A program made the position numbers and the translations under genes. From the IMG/VR virus record IMGVR_UViG_3300028920_000902, positions 12,298-76,297 of that record: a DNA stretch of 64,000 bases. One strand, written 5' to 3'. The DNA is from a virus (taxonomy: Duplodnaviria; Heunggongvirae; Uroviricota; Caudoviricetes). Positions 54,312 through 63,474 of the stretch are shown here, in pieces. The stretch's first letter is position 1. Each line of letters starts with the position of its first letter. The notes below the pieces were generated by a model. It had not been told where the DNA came from, made no database searches, and worked only from the letters and a program-made list of their open reading frames with translations.

Positions 54312-55111
54312 GTGCTAGGGCATATGACATAGAGGGCTTCAGGATGGGGCTTGATGCGAACGCTCCGGGGATAGGCCGCGAGTTGATTCGTAAGGGTGGC
54401 CGGGAATTTGCGTTCATGTGGGTGCTTCGTGAGGAGGTCAAGGGGTGTACGTTGGGGTATGACATAGGTGCAAACATTGGGTATACCACCCTTCCCATAG
54501 CCACGGCGTGTGAGAAGGTGTTTGCCTTTGAGCCAGACAAGCGTTCTCGGAAGCTGCTGGAGAAGAATCTTGAGTTGAACAAGTTGGGGAATGTGTTGGT
54601 GTTCAAGGATGCGGTGACTGACCATTGCTTGGGGGTGAATATTTACCTGTCGAAGAAACCTAACCAGTCTTCCATAGCCCGGAAGGTGGGTAAGAAGAAG
54701 CACGTTTCGAGTACGACGCTGGATACCCATGCCCGATTCAACGACGATGGGGTGTTCATCAAGATGGACATTGAGGGGGCAGAGGTCGAGGCAATCCGTG
54801 GGGCCAAGAAAATACTGTCCCACAACGAGCATGTGAAGATACTCATGGAGATTCACCCCAAAGCCTATGGTGAGAATCGGGACTTCCGCGAGACGATGGA
54901 CATACTTACGTTTCACGGTTTCAGGATGAAGTATATCGTGAACGCCAAGGGAATGATGGATCTGTTTCGGGCCAAGGGGGCGCGGCTGATTAAGCAGTTT
55001 GGTGACTATCCGAGGGCTGTGTGGGCACCGTTTAATGGGGCAAAGGAGTGGTGCCTGAACTTCTATGGCGGGAAGAAGATAGTCAGGAGCGTGTTGTGGG
55101 TAAAAGGATAG
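54308..55111 (+). CDS. FkbM-family methyltransferase
   Basis: GYDIGANIGYTT...VFAFEPD...FIKMDIEGAEVEAIRG. Confidence 0.7.
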   Translation: MSARAYDIEGFRMGLDANAPGIGRELIRKGGREFAFMWVLREEVKGCTLGYDIGANIGYTTLPIATACEKVFAFEPDKRSRKLLEKNLELNKLGNVLVFKDAVTDHCLGVNIYLSKKPNQSSIARKVGKKKHVSSTTLDTHARFNDDGVFIKMDIEGAEVEAIRGAKKILSHNEHVKILMEIHPKAYGENRDFRETMDILTFHGFRMKYIVNAKGMMDLFRAKGARLIKQFGDYPRAVWAPFNGAKEWCLNFYGGKKIVRSVLWVKG

Positions 55112-55911
55112 CGTGCATTTGTGGCAAGCCGGGGCGGGTGCAGCATACGCGGATGAAGTTCCTGCGGGACAACTACATGCCGTATCTGGATGTGTACGCT
55201 GACGATGTACCAACCCTCAATAAATATGAGGTTGTGTACTTCAGCCACTATTCGCTTGCAAAAAAGGTCAAGTTTGACGGAAAGCGCAAGTATCTGGCAT
55301 CGGTGACCAGTCACAAATATGACAAGAAGGAGTTGGGGAAGTTTGACAGGATAAGCGTGAACAATCGACTGCTGCTGGAGGAACTAAAGGAATTCAGTCC
55401 TGTGCTGACAGAGAACGGGGTGGACACGAAGTTCTGGACACCTAGTGATAGGGCAAACTCTCGCGGTGGTATTGGGTGGGTGGGGAATGTTGACAGATAT
55501 GCCAAGCGTTATGACATAGTTATGTGCCTTGAAGACAGGTTGCCGCTAAATTGGGTTCCCCTGCAAACATCAAAACACGACACTAGGCAGCGGCTAGAAC
55601 CTCAAAACATGCGGGAGTATTATCGGTCTATCTGGGTGTATGTGGTAACCAGCGATTCTGAGGGTACGCCAAATCCGGCATTAGAGGCAATGTCGTGTGG
55701 GGTTCCCGTACTTACCACTCCGGTTGGTAACATGCCAGATGTTCATAGTGCCGTTAAGTATCGTAACACAGAGCAATTGTGTATGATGCTTGGGAAATAT
55801 CATTGTGGGCACCACCCCAATAGAGAAGATATACGGCGGGAGATGGTTGAGAACTGGGACTGGTCAATCAAATACAGGGCGTGGGATGATTTCTTCAAGG
55901 AGTGGTTGTGA
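55093..55911 (+). CDS. GT4-type (GT-B) glycosyltransferase
   Basis: SDSEGTPNPALEAMSCGVPVLTT; GTG start with AGGAG RBS. Confidence 0.6.
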   Translation, partial: VVGKRIACICGKPGRVQHTRMKFLRDNYMPYLDVYADDVPTLNKYEVVYFSHYSLAKKVKFDGKRKYLASVTSHKYDKKELGKFDRISVNNRLLLEELKEFSPVLTENGVDTKFWTPSDRANSRGGIGWVGNVDRYAKRYDIVMCLEDRLPLNWVPLQTSKHDTRQRLEPQNMREYYRSIWVYVVTSDSEGTPNPALEAMSCGVPVLTTPVGNMPDVHSAVKYRNTEQLCMMLGKYHCGHHPNREDIRREMVENWDWSIKYRAWDDFFKEWL

Positions 55912-56537
55912 TTACGGCCTTCTTGATTACCAATGGGCGGTCGAGTTACCCGTATGCCATGCGGGCGCTGGAGGAACAGACCTACAAGGTGCCCATTGTC
56001 ACCATTCACAACAAGGGGTGGGTTGAGGCAAACAACCTTGCGTTGGAGACGTGTCCCACCGAGTTGATGCTGCGCGTGGACGATGACATGTTTCTGCATC
56101 CGGCTGCGGTGGAGTTCATGTTGGACACGCTGCCAGCCAAAACCACCATGCACAGGGGGAAGCTCTATGAGCCGCACACCCGCCGAGTTGCTGGAAGAAT
56201 TAAGGTCTACAAAGTTCCCCGCTGTCGGGAGATTGGAGGTTTCAGGGCAAACAGACTCGGTAAAATTGACCGAATTTTTGAACGCACGGTTGGACATGAT
56301 AATATCTCTATTGCAGACAAACAATGTCCTGTTGGAATCCATAGCTGTCCGCCTTGGAGCGAACAGCGAGAGTATGAGCGGCTTTGGGGACACAGAAAGT
56401 CAACCCGAGAGCAGATGAAGCGGTTTGACATGCCGTTGCAGGAACAATTCGGAATGCGGGTTTGGAAAATTGAACGTATAGCCAGACAGCGGAATGGGAG
56501 GTTTTGGAAATGGCTACAAGGAAAATCCGAGAGCTGA
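55908..56537 (+). CDS. glycosyltransferase family 2
   Basis: ITAFLITNGRSS...RVDDDMF DxD. Confidence 0.6.
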   Translation: MITAFLITNGRSSYPYAMRALEEQTYKVPIVTIHNKGWVEANNLALETCPTELMLRVDDDMFLHPAAVEFMLDTLPAKTTMHRGKLYEPHTRRVAGRIKVYKVPRCREIGGFRANRLGKIDRIFERTVGHDNISIADKQCPVGIHSCPPWSEQREYERLWGHRKSTREQMKRFDMPLQEQFGMRVWKIERIARQRNGRFWKWLQGKSES

Positions 56538-56839
56538 GATTCCGGCTCGACGAAGAGGGGAATTTGCAACACACCATTGTTTGTTTGACTCCCCACTATG
56601 CCCATGCGGTTGCATATTATGCCGGAATGGACTGCTGGGTGTACCGAGATTGGCAGCAATCACGGGGGAAAGACCCCGACAAGAAGGCCGAAAAGTACAA
56701 TCTGTTGCTCAAGAGCTTGGCGAAAAAGGGGATGCGGCAGCCCATAGAGGTGCGGGATGATGAGATACAGCATGGACACCACCGGGCGGCGGCATGGTTG
56801 GCACTCGGCCACAGGGAGATAGAATGTCAGGAAGTATAA
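56510..56839 (+). CDS. ParB/sulfiredoxin-fold domain protein, paralog 2
   Basis: GMRQPIEVRDDEIQHGHHRAAAWLALGHREIE. Confidence 0.5.
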   Translation: MATRKIRELRFRLDEEGNLQHTIVCLTPHYAHAVAYYAGMDCWVYRDWQQSRGKDPDKKAEKYNLLLKSLAKKGMRQPIEVRDDEIQHGHHRAAAWLALGHREIECQEV

Positions 56840-57705
56840 TCATTGGGGGCACGTATTTCACGGACGAGCGTATCAATATGATACAGGGTTGGTTTGGTGC
56901 GGATGTCACTACCGTTTCGTGGAATGATGTGGACTGTGGGCAGTACCCCCAGCTTGGGGATTGGGTGTTTGTGTTGGGGATAAAACAGTGGGTTCGGCGG
57001 CTCAAGAAGGCCAGATACACCTATCCCCAGATTGCCAAGAAGGTGGTTTCGTATATCGAGGGTTTGGGGCGCCCATACGGCCTCCTAGACGATTGTAACC
57101 TTGATGACGAGCGTGGCATAGGGGATAGACTCAGGATGGATTTGAGACCGGTTATTTGCCTCCTGAGAGAGTATCTGGAGCATGTGGAGTATCCGTCGTG
57201 GGTGCATCCATTTTCCATCCCCTCTCCCGATCTGTCCCAGTACAAGTCTGCCGGGGTGCCGATATCCTTTTGCGGTGCTAAGAGTCACCCGTCACGGCAG
57301 CATTGGATCGGTCAAATACGGGAAGTCGCTCCCGAGGGGTCGATATTCAAGCTCTACAAGGAGGGGGGCAAGGGGAAACTGCCCCGCGAAGAATATCTGT
57401 CACTAATCGGCGAAAGCAAGGTATCTTTAAGCTTTCAGGGGAATGGGTACTGCTGCTTCCGATACCAGGAGATTCCTGCTGTGGGTAGCTGTTTGGCGTC
57501 ACCAACGACACCCCATGTCGTGCGCAATGATTACGTGAACGGAAAGCACTGTATCAAATTTGATACACCAAACGACATTTTGAAGAAGATGGATGCGGCA
57601 GAGGACATTGCTGCTGCGGGGCATGAGCATTTTCTGAAATACCACACCAGCGAAGTGCGCTACAATGAACTAGCGGGGTATATTGATGAAGTACGTAGGC
57701 ATTAA
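56824..57705 (+). CDS. CgeB-like (Glyco_trans_1_2) GT-B glycosyltransferase
   Basis: C-terminal KVSLSFQGNGYCCFRYQEIPAVGSCLAS resembles the CgeB family. Confidence 0.45.
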   Translation: MSGSIIIGGTYFTDERINMIQGWFGADVTTVSWNDVDCGQYPQLGDWVFVLGIKQWVRRLKKARYTYPQIAKKVVSYIEGLGRPYGLLDDCNLDDERGIGDRLRMDLRPVICLLREYLEHVEYPSWVHPFSIPSPDLSQYKSAGVPISFCGAKSHPSRQHWIGQIREVAPEGSIFKLYKEGGKGKLPREEYLSLIGESKVSLSFQGNGYCCFRYQEIPAVGSCLASPTTPHVVRNDYVNGKHCIKFDTPNDILKKMDAAEDIAAAGHEHFLKYHTSEVRYNELAGYIDEVRRH

Positions 57706-58108
57706 GTCGTGCAAGGAGAAGCGCAAGGCATCGAATCGTGGTGGCAAAATCGTTGTGGTGAAAACGGAAGACTTGATTGCGGGGGATTGTCAGCGGCATC
57801 TCGATTACCTTGAGGGGAACTATCGGACATACATTATATTTCACCAGAACAACGGGAAGTCAAATGACTGGATTGAGGCGCGGATGCAGAAGTTTGACGA
57901 GCTTATTGAGAGCATTCGGGAGAACGGGTTTGACTATTCTCGGGGATTTGTTCGTGTGGCCGAACCCGGTGTACGTGTGGATGGATCTCATCGCGCTTGC
58001 ATATGTCATCATCTTGGGATTGATACACTTCAATGTCTAGAGGTGAAGATGAAACTGACCCCGGCACTCAAGAAGCACTTGGAGGAGCAGCGCCGTGCGT
58101 ATTGTTGA
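57683..58108 (+). CDS. ParB/sulfiredoxin-fold domain protein, paralog 3
   Basis: GFDYSRGFVRVAEPGVRVDGSHRACICHHLGIDTLQCLEV. Confidence 0.5.
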   Translation: MMKYVGIKSCKEKRKASNRGGKIVVVKTEDLIAGDCQRHLDYLEGNYRTYIIFHQNNGKSNDWIEARMQKFDELIESIRENGFDYSRGFVRVAEPGVRVDGSHRACICHHLGIDTLQCLEVKMKLTPALKKHLEEQRRAYC

Positions 58109-58895
58109 TTTCACCAAACCCCGCCGGGAAAGTCGAATGCGGCATGTTGCCGAGCGGGAACATTTTGAGTATATACCCATATCAGACCCCCACAATGTTC
58201 CCGATGGGGATTACTATCTTGTGCCGTCAAGCTGGTGGTACAAGGGAAAAGACAAGGGGGCTATAGAATGTGCAAACTCATTCCGTGGCCGGGTGGTAAT
58301 GGTGGATTACGCCAAGGAAATGGAGCAGAAGAGGAAGAACAAGGGCGGGCTGAGGGCGGATTATATTGCGATGATGGACAATGCTTCGCCGAATTCCGTA
58401 CCCGTGATTCCGTTTGCCGTGCCCTGTTTCGACCCCTCGCCTCGGTTCCGCCGCGACCCGCAGAAGGGGCGGGTGCTGGTGACGATGGAGGGCCCAACGG
58501 GGAAGGTGGTCGCCTCGTTGGTTGAGCGGCTGCGCGACAGGCACATCATATGGAAGATGCGGAGCAAGTTTCTCGACAGGCTGGAATACTATGCGGAAGT
58601 TCTGAGTGGTACGCGGCACAAAATTGTGTACTCGGAGGACAAGGACTACAATTGGGCACAGCCGCTGGTTGAGCAATGTGCCCAGTTTGTTGAGGAACAT
58701 GTAAACATAAAACAGTTGTCTTATCCAAACCAAGAGATGATACGGTATGGTGTGCCCACCTCTATATGGGATGGGAAGCGTTTTGTTGGACACGAGAGAA
58801 TAGAGAGAACCAAAAGGTTTTATGAGGGCAAACCGAGGGACTACTGTACTCGAAATTTGGTGAGGTTTTTGCGTGAGAATCTGCCTGATAATTGA
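58095..58895 (+). CDS. hypothetical protein in glycan island (266 aa)
   Basis: GTG start; no family recognised. Confidence 0.4.
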   Translation: MRIVDFTKPRRESRMRHVAEREHFEYIPISDPHNVPDGDYYLVPSSWWYKGKDKGAIECANSFRGRVVMVDYAKEMEQKRKNKGGLRADYIAMMDNASPNSVPVIPFAVPCFDPSPRFRRDPQKGRVLVTMEGPTGKVVASLVERLRDRHIIWKMRSKFLDRLEYYAEVLSGTRHKIVYSEDKDYNWAQPLVEQCAQFVEEHVNIKQLSYPNQEMIRYGVPTSIWDGKRFVGHERIERTKRFYEGKPRDYCTRNLVRFLRENLPDN

Positions 58896-59775
58896 CAAGT
58901 GGGGCTGGGCCTATGACCGCATAGCTCAGGGGCTTATCAAATTCAATAAGTCAGAACACGAGTTTGAGGTCTTTGCAGCGAAGACGGACGCGAAGAAAAT
59001 CAAGCGGTCGAAGGCTGACAGATTCCTCGTGATGGGTTATCAATATTGGGACAAGGTGGACTTTCTGCCCAAGGACAGAACCTTCGTTGGGGTACACGGG
59101 CACCATCAGTGGGACGGACACAAGACCACCCCGACCGAGGACGTGCTTCCGCCGAATGATCTTCACGAGTTTCTTTCCACTTTCCGGGGGGTGAATGTTG
59201 TCTCAGAACGATTGCACAGACTGTTTCCATACGCATCCTATACCCCAAACGGAGTCGATGTGGGGCTGTTTCGGCGCGAGCGTGTGCCGTGCCATTATTC
59301 TGGTGGTGGCAAGATGAAGATCGGTTGTGCGTATAACCCCAAACATGATTGGCGTAAGGGTGTCAAAGAGTTTGTTGAACCAGCGTTAAATATGGAGTAT
59401 GGTAGTGATGGGTATGATGATGACTGGATGGACAATGACGAGTATGAGCTTTGTTTGGCTCCAAGAAATCTAGCACTGTATGAAATGCCGGCATGGTATA
59501 ACACGATTGATATATATGTGTGTGCGTCATCCAGCGAAGGGCTTAGCCTTTCAGTCTTAGAGGCGCTGGCCTGTGGGAGAGGCATTGTTTCTACGATACC
59601 AAACGAAATAGAGGCACAAGACGTTGTGGCCAGAACCGTGCCGGACATTCGAGAGGGAATTGAGTGTTGCCTTGAGTATCCCAAACCAGAATCTGACAGA
59701 GCAATTCAAGAAGCCAAGGAGAGGTGGTCATGGGAGAAGAGATGCGGAGAATGGACAAGGTTCTTGGAGGGATGA
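58873..59775 (+). CDS. GT4-type (GT-B) glycosyltransferase
   Basis: SSSEGLSLSVLEALACGRGIVST. Confidence 0.65.
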   Translation: MRICLIIDKWGWAYDRIAQGLIKFNKSEHEFEVFAAKTDAKKIKRSKADRFLVMGYQYWDKVDFLPKDRTFVGVHGHHQWDGHKTTPTEDVLPPNDLHEFLSTFRGVNVVSERLHRLFPYASYTPNGVDVGLFRRERVPCHYSGGGKMKIGCAYNPKHDWRKGVKEFVEPALNMEYGSDGYDDDWMDNDEYELCLAPRNLALYEMPAWYNTIDIYVCASSSEGLSLSVLEALACGRGIVSTIPNEIEAQDVVARTVPDIREGIECCLEYPKPESDRAIQEAKERWSWEKRCGEWTRFLEG

Positions 59776-60339
59776 ATGGCACTATTTAAGCATTTCTTTA
59801 AGAACCGTGATGGTCTGTCGTTTGTACAAATTGGCGCAAATGATGGGGTGGACTTTGTTCGTGAGCGCGTGTTGACCTTCGGGTGGCGTGGGGTTTTCGT
59901 TGAGCCGATTCCACACATATTTAAACGGCTGAAAGAAACCTATCGGGGAGTTGGGGGGCTGGCGTTTGAGAATGTTGCTATTGCCGAGTCCGCCGGAACC
60001 AAGGACTTTCATGTGTGTGATGGACACGAGGTGTGTAGTGGCCTTGAGATTGTTCATCCCAAGGTAAGTCGTCATCCGTTTCACACTATTCGGGTTAAGT
60101 GCATTACAATTTCCCAGTTGTTTGAGCGTTACGGCATAGAGCGCCTTGATGTGTTGGTAATTGACACCGAGGGGTATGATGGCAAGATAATCAAGAGCAT
60201 GGATTTCAACGTAAGACCCAAGGTGCTGATATATGAAAGCAAGGATCTGCCTGATAATGATGAGGTGAGGGCGCTGCTTAAGGGGCAGGGGTACAAATTT
60301 CGTCCATTCAGTAACAACACGGTGGCATATCTAAAATGA
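59776..60339 (+). CDS. FkbM-family methyltransferase (second copy)
   Basis: FVQIGANDG...VFVEP...LDVLVIDTEGYD. Confidence 0.65.
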   Translation: MALFKHFFKNRDGLSFVQIGANDGVDFVRERVLTFGWRGVFVEPIPHIFKRLKETYRGVGGLAFENVAIAESAGTKDFHVCDGHEVCSGLEIVHPKVSRHPFHTIRVKCITISQLFERYGIERLDVLVIDTEGYDGKIIKSMDFNVRPKVLIYESKDLPDNDEVRALLKGQGYKFRPFSNNTVAYLK

Positions 60340-60965
60340 AAACATTGGCAATATATGGGTGTGGGTATAGTCTGAACGAATTGTCTGATGAGCAGTGGGA
60401 TGAGCTTCGTCAGTTTGATTCTATTGGTGTGAACTGGTTTGTGTTTCAGCGGTGGATCGAGCCTACTTACATGCTGGTTGGAGACATTCGGCACGACAGG
60501 AAGATAGCCAAGTTGGGACATACGCTTGAAGAAGCATTTGAGATATACGTCAAAGAGGCTTCTGCGCCGTGCTACAAGAACACAATTTTTGTGGCACGAG
60601 ATTATCAAATGCCGATGCTTGGAAACCTGAGAATGTGTGAATATGTCCCAGATCGGGAGTGGAGGGCATCTAGCATAACCCAATGTCTTCATTGGGCGGT
60701 CAAAAATGGATATGAGCGAGCATTGGTTGCTGGAGTGGACTTGTATGACTATCGTTTTTTCTTCTTGGAACACGAACAAGTCAGGAACTATGGGTTGGTT
60801 GGGGGCGGTTGGGCAAAGAGAAAAATTCACGGTCGCCATCAGGCATATAACAAAATGAAGAAGTGGTTTAAGAGTGGGGTGTGCAAGATTCCGATTTACT
60901 GCTACAATCCCAAGTCACTCATGTTTGATTTTCCGGGGACAAAATCATGGTTGCAGCAATCCTGA
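60336..60965 (+). CDS. CstII/Maf-like nonulosonic-acid transferase, paralog 2
   Basis: AIYGCGYSL and SSITQCLHWAVKNGYERALVAGVDLYDY. Confidence 0.5.
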   Translation: MKTLAIYGCGYSLNELSDEQWDELRQFDSIGVNWFVFQRWIEPTYMLVGDIRHDRKIAKLGHTLEEAFEIYVKEASAPCYKNTIFVARDYQMPMLGNLRMCEYVPDREWRASSITQCLHWAVKNGYERALVAGVDLYDYRFFFLEHEQVRNYGLVGGGWAKRKIHGRHQAYNKMKKWFKSGVCKIPIYCYNPKSLMFDFPGTKSWLQQS

Positions 60966-61618
60966 TTGGTCGCAAGGGGTCGAAGGGGTTTCCCGGCAAG
61001 AACACCCATGTGGTCTGCGGTAGGCCAATGTGTGAGTGGCCTCTGCTTGCGGCTCAGAAGATGGTGGACAAGATATACTACTCCACCGACGATGAAGATG
61101 TACACGAGATTGCAAAAGCCTATGGGGAGAGGTTGCATCGCCCCCCGGAACTGGCAACTGATGAGGCTCTGGGCGAGGATGTATACCAGCATTGTGCGGC
61201 GCGAGTGGTTGAGCCAATACTGGTGTTGTTGATGGCCAACGCCCCGACAGTTGCAGATTTCCACATTGCTGACGGGTTGCGGGCACTTCAGGATGGATAT
61301 GCCTCAGCTTGTACGGTGTCGAAGTACAACATGTTTCACCCAACAAGAGCAAGGGTGCGCGGGGAAAGCCTGTGGCATTACCATCATGGCGGCGCGAGTT
61401 GTGATCGTAATTCTGCCGGTGATGCTTGGTTCTATGATTGTGGGTGTGCTGTGGTGAGAAGGGAGAACATGAGTATGCTTCACAGTGGGCTTCCCCCACA
61501 GCGGTGGCTCCATGTGCCGTGCTATGGCATTGAGAACGAGGCGGGGATAGACGTGGATTACGAATGGCAACTTGGGCAGGTTGAGTGGTGGCTGAGGAGG
61601 TATGCAAAATGCGCGTAG
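60947..61618 (+). CDS. cytidylyltransferase, CMP-nonulosonic acid/CMP-KDO synthetase family (second copy)
   Basis: AAILIGRKGSKGFPGKN N-terminal motif. Confidence 0.75.
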   Translation: MVAAILIGRKGSKGFPGKNTHVVCGRPMCEWPLLAAQKMVDKIYYSTDDEDVHEIAKAYGERLHRPPELATDEALGEDVYQHCAARVVEPILVLLMANAPTVADFHIADGLRALQDGYASACTVSKYNMFHPTRARVRGESLWHYHHGGASCDRNSAGDAWFYDCGCAVVRRENMSMLHSGLPPQRWLHVPCYGIENEAGIDVDYEWQLGQVEWWLRRYAKCA

Positions 61619-62946
61619 TTCTCATTTCTCCACAATACCGAATACTGCATTCTCCAGTAAGTGATTTGTCCAAGAATGTTCATAGGAGGGCGCAGCCCAA
61701 TTTGGCGCTTGCCATACTTGCCACTACCCTGAATCGTGCGGGGTATGAGGTTTTGTATTTGGACAGCGTAATTGAGGGCATTGATCAAACCATTCGCTTC
61801 GATGAGGAAACAGACTATTATGGACTGATGCCAGACGGTATCCGGCGCCGGGTGGAAGAATTCAGTCCAGACTTGATTGCCATTACTTGTCTGACAACCA
61901 GCCAATACCCCCTTGTACGGGCTGTGTATTTTGAATTGCTTTCGCTTGGTATTCCCATTATCATTGGGGGAAACCATGCCAGCCTCAATGCTCGTGATGT
62001 CAGGGAGCTTGGGTTTCATTCCGTTGTGTGCGGGGAGGCGGATCAGAAGATTCTGGAGGTTGTTGACCGACTGAACAGTTTGCCCGACATTGTTCACCTT
62101 GGGCGGTTAGACGATTTGGACAAAAGCCCCCAGATAGATTGGTCACTTTTGCCAATGGAAAAGTATTGGACAAAAGCTCTTCCCCAAAATCCATTTCCCA
62201 AGAGTCGAAAGACCATCCTCTATGAGACATCGCGGGGCTGCCCGGAACATTGTGTTTTCTGTTCTACGGCGAACCACTTCGGCCACAAGTTTCGTCCGAA
62301 ATCGGCACGGCGCGTGGTGCAAGATATTACGGAGGCGGTTCGCACTACGGGGATTGAGGAGGTGCAGTTTTGTGATGACAGCATGGGGGTAAATCGCACT
62401 CGGTTCATGGACATATGCGAGGGGCTAAAGCCTCTTGGCATACATCTGTGCAACCCTTCTGGAATCAGGTTCTACATAAAGAAAGAGTCTGAGCTGCGAG
62501 AAACATTTGCCACGATGCGGGATGCGGGGTTTTACCAGATGACATTTGCTGTTGAAAGCGGCAACGAATATATCCTCAATACGGTAATCAAGAAGCGCCT
62601 TGATCTTGAATGGACACGGAAAGCGATAGGCGTTGCAAAAGACTACTTCAAAGTACACGCATTTTTCATCATTGGATTGCCGGGGGAAACCGAAGAGCAA
62701 ATCAACGATACCTTGCGCTACGCGAAAGATATCAAGGTGGACAGCTATTCGCTGTCGCTGGCGCAACCGTTTCCATCCACAGAGCTGTGGAGGATTTGCC
62801 GTCGCGGGGGGTGGATGGTTCCGGGCACCAAAGAGTCAGACATGTTGTTGGGAAAACAGGTGATTCGCAGGGACGATGGTTTGGACTTGGTATCTATCGC
62901 GGAGGACGCTCTTGAACGACTGGCTGGTAATAGCAACAGGCCCTAG
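61609..62946 (+). CDS. B12-binding-domain radical SAM enzyme
   Basis: CPEHCVFC (CxxxCxxC) radical SAM cluster motif after an N-terminal B12-binding-like Rossmann region. Confidence 0.8.
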   Translation: MRVVLISPQYRILHSPVSDLSKNVHRRAQPNLALAILATTLNRAGYEVLYLDSVIEGIDQTIRFDEETDYYGLMPDGIRRRVEEFSPDLIAITCLTTSQYPLVRAVYFELLSLGIPIIIGGNHASLNARDVRELGFHSVVCGEADQKILEVVDRLNSLPDIVHLGRLDDLDKSPQIDWSLLPMEKYWTKALPQNPFPKSRKTILYETSRGCPEHCVFCSTANHFGHKFRPKSARRVVQDITEAVRTTGIEEVQFCDDSMGVNRTRFMDICEGLKPLGIHLCNPSGIRFYIKKESELRETFATMRDAGFYQMTFAVESGNEYILNTVIKKRLDLEWTRKAIGVAKDYFKVHAFFIIGLPGETEEQINDTLRYAKDIKVDSYSLSLAQPFPSTELWRICRRGGWMVPGTKESDMLLGKQVIRRDDGLDLVSIAEDALERLAGNSNRP

Positions 62947-63460
62947 TGTTGGGGCTTATGCTGACGTAATTCGTGCTTTTGCAGATGGGAAAACCACCAT
63001 AGGTGTACACCACTTGGCGGGACGTTTTGTTCCCGACTATCACCTGTTTGTTTCAAAGAAGCGATACAAAAAGTACGGTAAGTATGTGAATCCCAAAAGC
63101 ACCCTGGTTTTGACCAGCAAGATGGGTGGCCATTTTGATGTGGAGAACGAGTATCCATCTTCTGTGGGGTCGATTGAATTTTTTGACGGCCGCGTAGTAA
63201 GCAGGGGGGCGTCCGGTGGGGTGCTGGCTGCTGCATATGCAATCATGTTGGGGGCGCAGCGGGTGTTTATCGCCGGAATGGACGGATATAGTGATGGGGC
63301 AGGTCACCATTACAAGGAGAAAGACAATTCTTGGAGTCGGCTCATGGAACACGAGGCTGCGACGCCAATGATTCTCAGGGATTTGAATAAGATTGTGCCG
63401 GTGACAATTATTACGCCGACAGTATACCAAGAATACTACGTGGGATTTGAACACAATTAA
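62912..63460 (+). CDS. CstII/Maf-like nonulosonic-acid transferase, paralog 3
   Basis: LVIATGPSV and SGGVLAAAYAIMLGAQRVFIAGMDGY; probable TTG start 5 nt after GGAGGA. Confidence 0.5.
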   Translation: MNDWLVIATGPSVGAYADVIRAFADGKTTIGVHHLAGRFVPDYHLFVSKKRYKKYGKYVNPKSTLVLTSKMGGHFDVENEYPSSVGSIEFFDGRVVSRGASGGVLAAAYAIMLGAQRVFIAGMDGYSDGAGHHYKEKDNSWSRLMEHEAATPMILRDLNKIVPVTIITPTVYQEYYVGFEHN

Positions 63461-63474
63461 CCAGGGGTGAACAG

